In this document: one piece after another, positions 1 through 8,523 of the stretch
Numbering within the stretch: position 1 is the first letter of the stretch
How the letters are laid out: each line of letters opens with the position of its first letter
IMG/VR virus record: IMGVR_UViG_3300025529_000015
Span: 1-40,454 of that record
From: a virus
Lineage: Duplodnaviria > Caudoviricetes
DNA length: 40,454 bases
Strand: one strand, 5' to 3'
Notes under the pieces: model-generated
The model's input: only the letters and a program-made list of their open reading frames with translations
What the model was told of the DNA's origin: nothing
Database searches by the model: none
Made by a program: the position numbers and the translations under genes

Positions 1-32
1 TTATAATTTAAAACCGTACTGATTCATTATAT

Positions 33-104
33 GCCCTCGTAGTGTAACGGATAACACGCAAGATTCCGGTTCTTGAAATGTGGGTTCGATTCCTGCCGAG
101 GGCG
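33..104 (+). tRNA. tRNA-Arg(CCG), prophage integration target
   Basis: Cloverleaf: acceptor GCCCTCG/CGAGGGC, D arm GTGT..ACAC, anticodon stem CAAGA/TCTTG with CCG at 66-68, T loop TTCGATT; CCA not encoded. Confidence 0.95.
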
Positions 105-146
105 TTTCAATGTTATCATATCAACGCTTTAAGGCGTTTATTTTTT

Positions 147-1319
147 TTATTGCCCAAAAACTGCCCAAGATTTCATAAATTGATTAATTTTGTCCATGTT
201 CATTTGTTCAGACCTGTTGGACAGATGGCCGTAAGTGTTTAACAAAATTGTTTTATCTTTGTCGCCTAACCTAGCACCGATGAAATTTAAATCGACAATT
301 CCGCTTTCCCACATGATTGTTTCATGAGTATGCCTGAACATATGCGGCGTCATATGTCTAAGCCCGTGACGTTTGCAAATTGTCCGCAACATATCACCAT
401 AATTAACGGTTTTTATAAATTCGCCTTTTTGATTTATAAAGAAATACGGGACATTTCGCAATCCAAGACGAACCAAAATTTCGTTTCGAATTTTTTTCCA
501 TTCTTTCATTTTTTCGACTGTGTAATCATCTAATCCTATTCGACGTTCACCACTTTCTCCGGTTTTAGTCGTTTCTTTAACAAGCCATATTCTGTTTTCC
601 CTAACAAAAGTTTTGTTTATGTCTACGACTTTATTATTTAAATCAATATCTTCCTCATAAAGAGCGGTTATTTCACCGATTCTTGCGCCTGTTCCCAAAA
701 GAAGATACGAAATATATTTATAATGCGGGTAAGCCTCGCTCCAATCTTGTTCAATAGCCGCGAATAACTCTCTTGCTTCTTCAAGTTCAACATTTTTCTT
801 TTTCTTTTTAGTTGGCTTTACTGTTTTTGGAATTTTTATTTTCCAGACAGGATTTTTTCGAATAATATCATCCTGGACTGCTTGTTCAAACGCTTCGCTT
901 AAACGACTGTTATGGCGCTGTAATGTACTTTTGGAATAGTATGGCGCTATTTTATTTATGAAACTTTGATATTTTGATCTATCAAGATCCTTCATTCTAA
1001 CATAGCCCAAATTTTCAATACATAAATTTATCGCTTGTAAAATTGTTTTTTCAGTTCCCCAACTAACCGTATTCTTTTTGTTGTTTTCAAACCACTCTTG
1101 AAGATAATCCTTCACAAGCATATCTTCTTTTTGAATATCGATTCCTAAACCTAATTTGTTTTCCATTTCCTCCGCTGCCAATTTAGCTTCAGCTTTAGAA
1201 GTAAAACCTTTCTTTGATTTTTCTTTGTATTTCCCTGTTTTCGGATCCTTATAAACAATTCGATATTCCCAAAAGTCTTTATTACTGCCTTTTCTTTTGT
1301 ATTTGTAAAAAGTCGCCAT
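147..1319 (-). CDS. int: Phage tyrosine integrase
   Basis: N-terminal arm-binding domain (KKGFTSKAEAK), catalytic GARIGE, HMFRH and TYGH motifs; start moved to MATFYK with RBS GAAGGTGG. Confidence 0.95.
   Translation of the reverse strand: MATFYKYKRKGSNKDFWEYRIVYKDPKTGKYKEKSKKGFTSKAEAKLAAEEMENKLGLGIDIQKEDMLVKDYLQEWFENNKKNTVSWGTEKTILQAINLCIENLGYVRMKDLDRSKYQSFINKIAPYYSKSTLQRHNSRLSEAFEQAVQDDIIRKNPVWKIKIPKTVKPTKKKKKNVELEEARELFAAIEQDWSEAYPHYKYISYLLLGTGARIGEITALYEEDIDLNNKVVDINKTFVRENRIWLVKETTKTGESGERRIGLDDYTVEKMKEWKKIRNEILVRLGLRNVPYFFINQKGEFIKTVNYGDMLRTICKRHGLRHMTPHMFRHTHETIMWESGIVDLNFIGARLGDKDKTILLNTYGHLSNRSEQMNMDKINQFMKSWAVFGQ
150..171. repeat. Candidate integrase arm-type sites (TGCCCAA direct repeat, 11-bp period)
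   Basis: tgcccaa at 151-157 and 162-168, at the integrase 3' end about 50 bp from the tRNA. Confidence 0.5.
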
Positions 1320-1341
1320 ATTACCACCTTCCTGCATAAAT

Positions 1342-1364
1342 TAGGCGGGTATTTAGCCCGCCTA
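1342..1364. promoter_or_regulatory. GC-rich hairpin between repressor and integrase (attenuator or weak terminator)
   Basis: taggcggg...cccgccta perfect 8-bp stem. Confidence 0.5.
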
Positions 1365-1389
1365 TGATTAATTTTCTAGCGCTAAAAAA

Positions 1390-2073
1390 TTAATCTAGAG
1401 CAACTGCATACCAAATGACTTTAGCGTATATTTTCAAATCATTTGGAGCGTCATGGGGAATTACTATATCATAGAATCTTTTATCCGATGATTCAGGACT
1501 GAATATCAATAATCCATTTTCTTCGTCCAACCTAAAGCGTTTCATACTATATTCCCTGTCATAACTGAAAATAACGATGTCATCGTCTTTTACTTCATAT
1601 TTATCAATCGGCTTGCAAATGACATAAGAACCATTAGGAATAACCTTGTTCATGCTTTCACCATTAACTTTCAAAGCGAACAAATTCTTATTACTAGCAT
1701 ATTTTCCAAGCATTATTTTTGGTAAATTAATGTATTGAATGTTTTTTTCTGTTACAGCCTCAACTGTTGCCAATGCACCAGCGGCTATGCTTCCATAAAG
1801 AGGAATGGCTTTATTAACATTCCCCACAACATATTCTGTTGATGGTTCTTTAATTTTCAATTCAAGAAATTCGTCTAAAGACACATTGAAAAAATCAGCT
1901 ATATAGTATAGTGATTCCATTCTTGGATCTTCTCGATCGTTTTCCCATTTGGAAATCATACCTTTGCTGAAATTGGTATCATACTTTTCATTAATAGCTT
2001 TTGCTAATCCTTCTTGGGTTAGCTTCTTTTCCTTTCTTAATTGTTTTAATTTAGTCCCAAATGAATATTTCAT
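1390..2073 (-). CDS. CI-like repressor, XRE HTH plus S24 autocleavage domain
   Basis: HTH (LKQLRKEKKLTQEGLA...ISKWE), AG cleavage site (SIAAG), GESM catalytic serine, MKR lysine; RBS GGGAGGTG before MKYS at 2073. Confidence 0.93.
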   Translation of the reverse strand: MKYSFGTKLKQLRKEKKLTQEGLAKAINEKYDTNFSKGMISKWENDREDPRMESLYYIADFFNVSLDEFLELKIKEPSTEYVVGNVNKAIPLYGSIAAGALATVEAVTEKNIQYINLPKIMLGKYASNKNLFALKVNGESMNKVIPNGSYVICKPIDKYEVKDDDIVIFSYDREYSMKRFRLDEENGLLIFSPESSDKRFYDIVIPHDAPNDLKIYAKVIWYAVALD

Positions 2074-2120
2074 TTTTGTCACCTCCCTGTTTAGAACCAT
2101 CTAAACAAAGTATAACATAT

Positions 2121-2228
2121 CGGTTTCGAAACCGCTATGTTTTTTAAAAATTGGTAAGAAAGTAGTTGAAATCGAAACATGTTTATGATAATCTAAATTC
2201 AGAATTAAGTTTCGAAAACGAAACTTAA
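2121..2228. promoter_or_regulatory. Lysis/lysogeny switch: operators and rightward promoter
   Basis: Perfect inverted repeat TTAAGTTTCG-AAAA-CGAAACTTAA at 2205-2228, partial sites near 2123 and 2163-2178; TTGAAA(2166)-17bp-TAATCT(2189) with extended TG. Confidence 0.75.
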
Positions 2229-2244
2229 CGAAAGGGGGATTTAA

Positions 2245-2502
2245 ATGAAAAATATAAAAAGGAGACATGCACCATACACAAAACTAAAAGCGTATCTAAC
2301 CGAGATTGGTGTAACACAAAAAGATTTAGCCAAGATCCTAAAAAAATCGCGTTATGCTGTTAATCAAAATTTGAATGGCACAGGTGGCGATTTTTCATTA
2401 AGCGAAGTACGTTTGATTTGCACTACTTTTGGCATTAGTGCAGATGAATATTTTGTTGAACCTTATGTTTCGAAAGCGAAACAAGAAAGCAAATCAGCTT
2501 AA
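2245..2502 (+). CDS. Cro-like HTH regulator
   Basis: Small XRE HTH divergent from the repressor; RBS AAAGGGGG. Confidence 0.85.
   Translation: MKNIKRRHAPYTKLKAYLTEIGVTQKDLAKILKKSRYAVNQNLNGTGGDFSLSEVRLICTTFGISADEYFVEPYVSKAKQESKSA
2466..2483. promoter_or_regulatory. Additional operator inside the 3' end of cro
   Basis: TGTTTCG-AAAG-CGAAACA, same consensus as 2205-2228. Confidence 0.7.
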
Positions 2503-2551
2503 AAATTTATTTGGGCAAAAAGTCCAGAATAAATAGAAAGGCGGTAGTTTT

Positions 2552-3283
2552 ATGAATCAATTGCCGATTCAAAACCCGGTGAAAACAATAAACAGCCGTG
2601 AAGTTGCCGAAATGATCGGGAAACAGCACAAAGATTTATTGCGTGACATTAGGACTTATCTGTCTTACATGTTGAAAGCAAACCAAGAAATAAAAAAAGG
2701 TGAGCGCAAAATTGCGCCGTCCGATTTCTTCATTGAATCTACATATGTAGACAGTCAAAACAAAGTGCAACCATGCTACGAAATTACCAAATTAGGATGT
2801 GAAATGGTTGCCAATAAGTTAACAGGTGAAAAGGGTGTTTTGTTTACTGCTCAATATGTTAAGCGATTCAACGAAATGGAACAAACAATAAAGCCTAATA
2901 GTACAAAATTGCTACTCCAAACAGCACTCAAACATGAGGAAGAAATAGAAGAAATCAAAACGGATGTGCAAGTGCTAAAAAATACTATGCGCATCGATGG
3001 GGCGGAGGAATTTCAAATAAGCCAGAAAGGAAGGGAAAAAGTCATTGAATGTTTAGGCGGTAAAGATTCCAACGCTTATTTGAAAATTAGCAAAAAAGTA
3101 TTTTCGCAGTTTTGGAGAGATTTCAAAAAATATTTTGTCATTCCACGTTATGGCGATCTGCCCAAAAAACGTTTTGATGAAGCAATTCAGTTCATTGAAG
3201 AGTGGTATCCGGACACTAGCACACGTTTGGAAATCAAAGCGTTGAATGAACAACAATCTTTGGATTTTGGGGAGGGAGCATAA
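2552..3283 (+). CDS. Rha-family antirepressor with ORF6C-like C-terminus
   Basis: NSREVAEMIGKQHKDLLRDI, FTAQYVKRFNEME; C-terminal FKKYF..RYGDLPKKRFDEAIQFIEEW. Confidence 0.85.
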   Translation: MNQLPIQNPVKTINSREVAEMIGKQHKDLLRDIRTYLSYMLKANQEIKKGERKIAPSDFFIESTYVDSQNKVQPCYEITKLGCEMVANKLTGEKGVLFTAQYVKRFNEMEQTIKPNSTKLLLQTALKHEEEIEEIKTDVQVLKNTMRIDGAEEFQISQKGREKVIECLGGKDSNAYLKISKKVFSQFWRDFKKYFVIPRYGDLPKKRFDEAIQFIEEWYPDTSTRLEIKALNEQQSLDFGEGA

Positions 3284-3285
3284 AA

Positions 3286-3555
3286 GTGGTTACTATCGAA
3301 CTTGATGCCCACGAAATCGAGCAACGCTTTTTAGAAGAATTGAGGAAACACCTTGCGAAAATTGAACGTTCTCAAACCTTTTGGGATATGAAAACACTTT
3401 GCAAGCAAACATGTTTGAGCGAAAACACCATAAAAGAGCGGTTCTTCTACGATCCGCGCTTTCCAAAATTTAAAGTCGGTGGAAAATGGTTGTTCCCGGC
3501 GGAAGAATGTGAGGAATTTCTCCTTATGTGGCTTAAAGAACAGCCAAGAAATTAA
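3286..3555 (+). CDS. Excisionase-like HTH protein
   Basis: WDMKTLCKQTCLS...FPKFKVGGKWLFP winged-helix pattern; position after antirepressor. Confidence 0.65.
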   Translation: MVTIELDAHEIEQRFLEELRKHLAKIERSQTFWDMKTLCKQTCLSENTIKERFFYDPRFPKFKVGGKWLFPAEECEEFLLMWLKEQPRN

Positions 3556-3575
3556 AAAGGGGGGTGAAATCGGAA

Positions 3576-3737
3576 ATGAAAAACGGAAAGCGGCCAACCA
3601 GGCGGGAGAAAGAAGTCATCAGGAAATACAGGCTCAATCCTGAAAACTGGTTGGTGTCTAAAAGAAATGATGGAATGTTGCTGCTGGTCCATCGTCACAC
3701 AAACAGTGTCAGATCAATACCAAATGAAAGGGGATGA
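3576..3737 (+). CDS. Small phage protein, 53 aa (DUF6906-like), not in ORF track
   Basis: MKNGKRPTRREKEVIRKYRLNPENWLVSK...; RBS GGGGGTG; ATGA overlap with next gene. Confidence 0.75.
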   Translation: MKNGKRPTRREKEVIRKYRLNPENWLVSKRNDGMLLLVHRHTNSVRSIPNERG

Positions 3738-3940
3738 AATATATGCAAGTTGAATGGGTTGCGAACGATCCCAACAAACCAAACGTCGCCATCATCAATG
3801 GCGGCTCGAAATATCGGTTTGTTGGCGTTATTCGGGGTCTAGGATTTCCGCAGATTACATACTTTGCTGACTCAGTTGAGGAAATCCTGGATGGATTGGA
3901 ACTTGATGAATGGATCTATTCGATCCGGGAGGTTGGTTGA
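3734..3940 (+). CDS. Hypothetical phage protein
   Basis: ORF coupled to neighbours, RBS AAAGGGG. Confidence 0.6.
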   Translation: MKYMQVEWVANDPNKPNVAIINGGSKYRFVGVIRGLGFPQITYFADSVEEILDGLELDEWIYSIREVG

Positions 3941-3941
3941 T

Positions 3942-4100
3942 ATGACAAAACCTAGTGCAATCCAACTCGCCCTCTTTTTCAATCAATTTGAACTGAAAAT
4001 GATCGAAAAAGGCAGGGCGAATATTGCAGCCTTTGCTGCTAAGCAATACAGCAAATATATCCAGAAACATTTTGCTGAAAAAAAGGATGGTGCCTTTTAA
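3942..4100 (+). CDS. Hypothetical phage protein (MTKPSAIQ...)
   Basis: RBS GGGAGG upstream of ATG 3942. Confidence 0.55.
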   Translation: MTKPSAIQLALFFNQFELKMIEKGRANIAAFAAKQYSKYIQKHFAEKKDGAF

Positions 4101-4177
4101 AAAAGGTTTACCATCCCACCAATAAAAAACACTACAAAAACATGTTAACACATTGCTTTGAAAATGTGGAAGGATGT

Positions 4178-4426
4178 GTGAAAAAAGTGCAAACCGTTAT
4201 AACACGATACACCGAAAAAGAAATCATAGAAGCGGTACAAGAATTAGAAAAACGCGGGTTTGTTAGAAAGTCCGAAATAGTCCGGGTTGCTACGGATGGG
4301 AAGTTTTTTAAAAGAGAGTGGAAAGTACCGGAATTCGTTGGAAACTTTCAACGCGTGAAATATATGTGTAGATTAGAGCGGCCAGAAAGAAGCAACAGGG
4401 GGAAAGAGGATGTTCGAAGGGACTAG
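4178..4426 (+). CDS. Hypothetical phage protein
   Basis: ORF 4142-4426; GTG at 4178 has RBS GGAAGG. Confidence 0.55.
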   Translation: MKKVQTVITRYTEKEIIEAVQELEKRGFVRKSEIVRVATDGKFFKREWKVPEFVGNFQRVKYMCRLERPERSNRGKEDVRRD

Positions 4427-5201
4427 CATGAATAATTTATTTGCCTTAGAACAATTTTCACGCGATTCATTCCGCGTTAAACGAACCTATATCGACATTA
4501 CTGGGGATTTAATTGCTGGCATTCTTTTGGGCCAAATTGTTTATTGGAATCTTCCAAATGAAAATGGGCAGTCAAAATTGAAAGTGATGAAAGACGGTGA
4601 AATGTGGTTGGCAAAAGGCCGCGGCGATTGGTGGGATGAAATCAGAATAACACCTAAACAATTCGATAGGGCTATAAAAATTTTGCAAGAAAAAGGATTC
4701 GTTGAATCAAAGCGGTTCAAGTTTAATGGAGCGCCGACCATCCATATAAAACTAAATATCCGTGAAGTTACCGAAGCGGTAAATTCCATTTTACCCAAAG
4801 GGGAAATTCCATTTTACCCAAAGGGGAAAATCGATATTGACGAAAGGGAAAAATCTTTAACAGAGATTACTACAAAGATTACTACAGAGATTACTTCAGA
4901 TAAAGATAATATACCTTATGCCGAAATTATCGACTATTTAAATCAGAAAGCAGGAACTAACTACCGTCACACAACTAGAAAAACACAAACCTTAATAAAA
5001 GCCCGTTGGAATGAAGGTTTTACATTAGAAGATTTTAAAACCGTCATAGATAAGAAAACAGCGGAATGGTTACATGATACCAAAATGAGTAAATACCTTC
5101 GTCCAGAAACGCTTTTCGGAAATAAGTTCGAGGGCTATCTTAATCAAAAAACAAAAGTGAAATCAGATTATGAATATAGCCAGTACGATGATCTTTTTTA
5201 A
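4410..5201 (+). CDS. Replication initiator with conserved phage C-terminal domain
   Basis: N-terminal winged helix (AGILLGQIVYW), C-terminal IIDYLNQKAG...YLRPETLFGNKFEGYLNQ; internal iterons; precedes DnaC-like loader. Confidence 0.85.
   Translation: MFEGTSMNNLFALEQFSRDSFRVKRTYIDITGDLIAGILLGQIVYWNLPNENGQSKLKVMKDGEMWLAKGRGDWWDEIRITPKQFDRAIKILQEKGFVESKRFKFNGAPTIHIKLNIREVTEAVNSILPKGEIPFYPKGKIDIDEREKSLTEITTKITTEITSDKDNIPYAEIIDYLNQKAGTNYRHTTRKTQTLIKARWNEGFTLEDFKTVIDKKTAEWLHDTKMSKYLRPETLFGNKFEGYLNQKTKVKSDYEYSQYDDLF
4781..4895. repeat. Putative replication origin iterons
   Basis: AAATTCCATTTTACCCAAAGGGG x2 (4781-4826), degenerate third copy, then ACAGAGATTACT-type 12-mer x3 (4860-4895). Confidence 0.75.
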
Positions 5202-5309
5202 GCAAATTAAGTTTCGAATTAAATAACTTTCAAAAACGTTTGTTTCGAATAAGACAATATAACATATGCGAGGATATTCGAATGTATGACTAAGAAGGTG
5301 AAAAAAACA

Positions 5310-6128
5310 ATGAAACGGATCAGCGCGTCAACATTCCCAGGTTTGAAAATTGTAGGTCATAGAGAATGCGAAAAATGCGGAAGCCTAGTGAACATTATAG
5401 ATGTTGAGCGAAACGGTGAAATAGTAAGAGTTTCCGAATGTCTAAATTGCGAAAACAAAAAGATTGAAGATGAAATGATCGTTTTTAAACAAGAAGCGGA
5501 CAAGCGGAGAGTAGAACGGATATTTGAAGAATATAGCATGGTTCCCGATGAACTTTTGACGGCTACATTTGAAAACTACATTCCACAAAACGAAACGATG
5601 AAAGCGGCAAAAGATAAATGTATTTGGTACGCTGAACATTTTGGAGAATCTAAGGATGTGCGAAATTTGCTTTTGCAGGGGTCATACGGGCTTGGAAAAT
5701 CACACCTTAGCTATTCTATAGCCAAACATGTAAAAAGCCGCGGTAAGGCCGTTATATTCATCACAGCATCTGATCTGCTCGATACCATAAAAAGCACATA
5801 TGAGAATAAAAGATTCTCAGAATCAGACATATTAGAAGCGTGCAAGTCCGTTGACCTTCTTATTTTGGATGATTTAGGCGCCGAATATGTGAAAAGCGAG
5901 GACGGTAACGAATCATGGGCTGGCGATAAGCTGCTCAAAATCATCAATTCAAGACTCGGAAAACATACGATTTACACGACAAACTATAATTCGGCGGACT
6001 TGCAAAAAAAATATGGATTCCACGGTGGAAGGATTATCAGCCGTATGATGCAAGGAACCTACAGGATCAAATTTGAAGGAAAAGACTATCGAATTCAACA
6101 AGCGAAGAAGGTGCAGGGCTATGTGTGA
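5310..6128 (+). CDS. DnaC/IstB-like helicase loader ATPase
   Basis: N-terminal CxxC..CxxC, Walker A GSYGLGKS, Walker B LLILDD, TTN; RBS AAGGTGA favours ATG 5310. Confidence 0.9.
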   Translation: MKRISASTFPGLKIVGHRECEKCGSLVNIIDVERNGEIVRVSECLNCENKKIEDEMIVFKQEADKRRVERIFEEYSMVPDELLTATFENYIPQNETMKAAKDKCIWYAEHFGESKDVRNLLLQGSYGLGKSHLSYSIAKHVKSRGKAVIFITASDLLDTIKSTYENKRFSESDILEACKSVDLLILDDLGAEYVKSEDGNESWAGDKLLKIINSRLGKHTIYTTNYNSADLQKKYGFHGGRIISRMMQGTYRIKFEGKDYRIQQAKKVQGYV

Positions 6129-6300
6129 TCGATGCGAAGATAGCGGGAAAGTGATTGAAGAAGTGATGACAGGCGTTTATCAAATATCCCTTTGCGATTG
6201 TCAAAATGCCGCTCGCGTCAAACGAGAAGCGGAAGAACGGAGAAAAAAACTAAAAGCAAAAATAGATGAAGCCTACAAACGACTAATGGAAGGTATGTAA
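6121..6300 (+). CDS. Small Cys-rich phage protein
   Basis: MCDRC...CDC then charged helix; overlaps loader stop. Confidence 0.65.
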   Translation: MCDRCEDSGKVIEEVMTGVYQISLCDCQNAARVKREAEERRKKLKAKIDEAYKRLMEGM

Positions 6301-6301
6301 A

Positions 6302-6628
6302 TTGGATCGAATGGAATTTATCGAGGAACCAGCCGCAGAAACGGATGTTTGTGAGAAAGCAATTGAATCGCTTAAAGAAGAAATTGAGCATTTAAAGCAA
6401 ACAACCGTTCCGAAAAGCGAATATCGGGAACTAGAAAATGAATTGGCGGATGTAAGAGGCGAAAAGGCCTTTCTGAAAGGTGAGTTTGACAAATTGAAAA
6501 GCGAATTTGAACAAATCGAGCGGGAAAAGGATGAACTACAAAGAGAATTGGGTCTTTTAAGACCTACGTTGGAAAATCTGACTAAAGAAAATTATCACCT
6601 GAAAGAGTTGGTGAAGATGCTTCTATGA
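6302..6628 (+). CDS. Coiled-coil hypothetical protein
   Basis: Heptad-rich E/K/L sequence; RBS GGAAGGT. Confidence 0.65.
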   Translation: MDRMEFIEEPAAETDVCEKAIESLKEEIEHLKQTTVPKSEYRELENELADVRGEKAFLKGEFDKLKSEFEQIEREKDELQRELGLLRPTLENLTKENYHLKELVKMLL

Positions 6629-7119
6629 TTGAATTTCATCCTTACAGCAAGGCAGACCAACTGGCGGGGCATAAGAAGAAAGAAAAAACAAAATACAACT
6701 TGAAAAAGCCGCAAAAAAAGAAAAAGAAGCTAACAACGTATAAGGGCCGGACTATCCCAAAAGCCAAAGTGAGGGGAGAAATAAGCAAAAAAGAATATAA
6801 CAAAGCCATCGATTAATTTGGTGCATATTGCAACATTTGCGGAAGCCCATACATAGAAATGCACCACATTAAATTCAGATCCCAGGGCGGCCGGGGAGGA
6901 TATAGAAATTTGATCCCGCTTTGTAATGCGCATCATAGGAAAGCCCATAAGGATCGAGAATTTTCCGAAAGACTTCGATTTCAAAGAGAAAAAAGGTTTG
7001 GTGAATGGTTTTGGGCGGATCGGTTCGACTTGTTCAAAGCCGGGCTGATCCCGGAACCAACGAATGAACAATTTGAACGGTTTATGCAAGAACAAGAAAG
7101 GATGAATAAATGTGAATAG
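6625..7119 (+). pseudogene. HNH endonuclease interrupted by in-frame TAA (6814-6816)
   Basis: ORFs 6625-6816 and 6859-7119 share a frame; read-through gives KAID*FGAYCNICGSPYIEMHHI...NLIPLCNAHH. Confidence 0.8.
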
Positions 7120-7519
7120 CGTGAATTTGATTGGGCGTCTAACAAGGGATGTAGAAATTAGGTATACGCCGAATAACGGAACCCCTGTTTCCCGCTTTAC
7201 CATAGCGGTAAACCGCATAAACAAAGATGAAGCGGATTTCATTAGCTGCGTTGCTTTCGGAAAAACGGCTGAAAATCTAGCAAACTACATGAGAAAAGGC
7301 AATCAAATAGCCGTTAGTGGATCCATCCGAACGAGAAATTATGAAAATAACGAGGGCAAGAGGGTTTATGTTACCGAAGTGATTGCCAATAGAGTCATGT
7401 TCCTGGAACGCAAGAAAGAAGATTCAGAAATTGAAAGAGATCAATTCCACAATGAGCCGGAACCTTATGGATATGGCGGCAATCAGATAGATATTTCAGA
7501 TGACGACTTACCGTTTTAA
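7112..7519 (+). CDS. ssb: Single-stranded DNA-binding protein
   Basis: NSVNLIGRLTRD, OB-fold motifs, acidic tail DDDLPF. Confidence 0.96.
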   Translation: MNSVNLIGRLTRDVEIRYTPNNGTPVSRFTIAVNRINKDEADFISCVAFGKTAENLANYMRKGNQIAVSGSIRTRNYENNEGKRVYVTEVIANRVMFLERKKEDSEIERDQFHNEPEPYGYGGNQIDISDDDLPF

Positions 7520-7531
7520 GGGGGATAACAA

Positions 7532-8332
7532 ATGGCGGACAAGCAATATTTAGAACTTGCACGATACATTCTCGAAAACGGAGCGGTTAAGGATGACCGG
7601 ACGGGAACAGGAACTATATCAATATTTGGCTATCAAATGCGGTTTGATCTTAGCAAAGGTTTTCCCTTGCTAACTACCAAGCGACTACATTGGAAATCTA
7701 TCTTTTATGAATTGCTTTGGTTTTTGCGCGGAGATACTAACGTCCGTTATTTACAGGAAAATGGAGTGCGAATTTGGAACGAATGGGCTGACGAAAATGG
7801 CGATCTTGGTCCGATTTACGGCGCTCAATGGCGATCCTGGAAAGGGGCTGATGGACGGACGGTGGATCAAATTGCCCAAGTGATCGAACAGATTAAAACA
7901 AATCCGGATTCCAGACGCTTGATTGTCAGCGCTTGGAACACCGCAGAAATTGAAAAAATGGCTTTGCCGCCTTGTCATACATTGTTTCAGTTTTATGTAT
8001 CGAACGGGAAACTATCTTGTCAGCTATACCAACGTTCGGGAGATGTATTTCTTGGCGTTCCATTTAATATCGCTAGTTACTCCTTATTAACTCATATGAT
8101 CGCGCATGTTACTGGCTTAGAAGTGGGTGAATTCGTTCATACGTTAGGGGATGCCCATATTTACTTGAATCATGTGGATCAAATTAAAAAGCAATTGGAG
8201 CGGGAACCAAAGCCTTTGCCAACGCTGAAAATAAAGCGAAAAGTACAAAACATTGATGATTTTACTTTTGATGACTTTGAAATTGATGGTTACGATCCGC
8301 ACCCACATATTCCGGGAAAAGTCGCAATTTAA
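7532..8332 (+). CDS. thyA: Thymidylate synthase
   Basis: [42 protein letters not shown]. Confidence 0.97.
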   Translation: MADKQYLELARYILENGAVKDDRTGTGTISIFGYQMRFDLSKGFPLLTTKRLHWKSIFYELLWFLRGDTNVRYLQENGVRIWNEWADENGDLGPIYGAQWRSWKGADGRTVDQIAQVIEQIKTNPDSRRLIVSAWNTAEIEKMALPPCHTLFQFYVSNGKLSCQLYQRSGDVFLGVPFNIASYSLLTHMIAHVTGLEVGEFVHTLGDAHIYLNHVDQIKKQLEREPKPLPTLKIKRKVQNIDDFTFDDFEIDGYDPHPHIPGKVAI

Positions 8333-8357
8333 TACAAAAAAGAAAGAGGGAATCAAA

Positions 8358-8518
8358 ATGACCAAAGCAATTGACACAAAACAAGAACTAATGCGACAAC
8401 ACATGATTAGTCAGTTATTGGATCTCGGCATCAAAGAGGACGCTGGGACGCCAGTTCAAAACTTGAATTACTTGAAGTGCGGCATTTGCTTGCGCTTGCC
8501 AGGATTAAGAAAGGGTGA
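8358..8518 (+). pseudogene. Small basic protein (FbpA-like), apparent 1-nt frameshift near 8472
   Basis: MTKAIDTKQELMRQHMISQLLDLGI...NLNY then shifted frame EVRHLLALARIKKG* ends 5 nt before the dUTPase ATG. Confidence 0.5.
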
Positions 8519-8523
8519 AAATC

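Noticed and set aside
4781-4895. CRISPR-like array
   Set aside because: Repeats are contiguous without unique spacers, lie inside a coding gene, and no cas genes are present
5232-5248. LexA (Cheo) box upstream of the helicase loader
   Set aside because: AAAC-GTTT-GTTT has two mismatches to GAAC-N4-GTTC and is better explained by the phage operator half-site
6814-6816. Stop-codon reassignment or read-through system
   Set aside because: Single instance; TAA terminates many intact genes and no suppressor tRNA is present
7532-8332. Intron/intein in thyA, or a base-modifying hydroxymethylase
   Set aside because: The ORF is continuous and canonical in length, retains the dUMP-specific Asn (PFN), and has no modification gene cluster nearby
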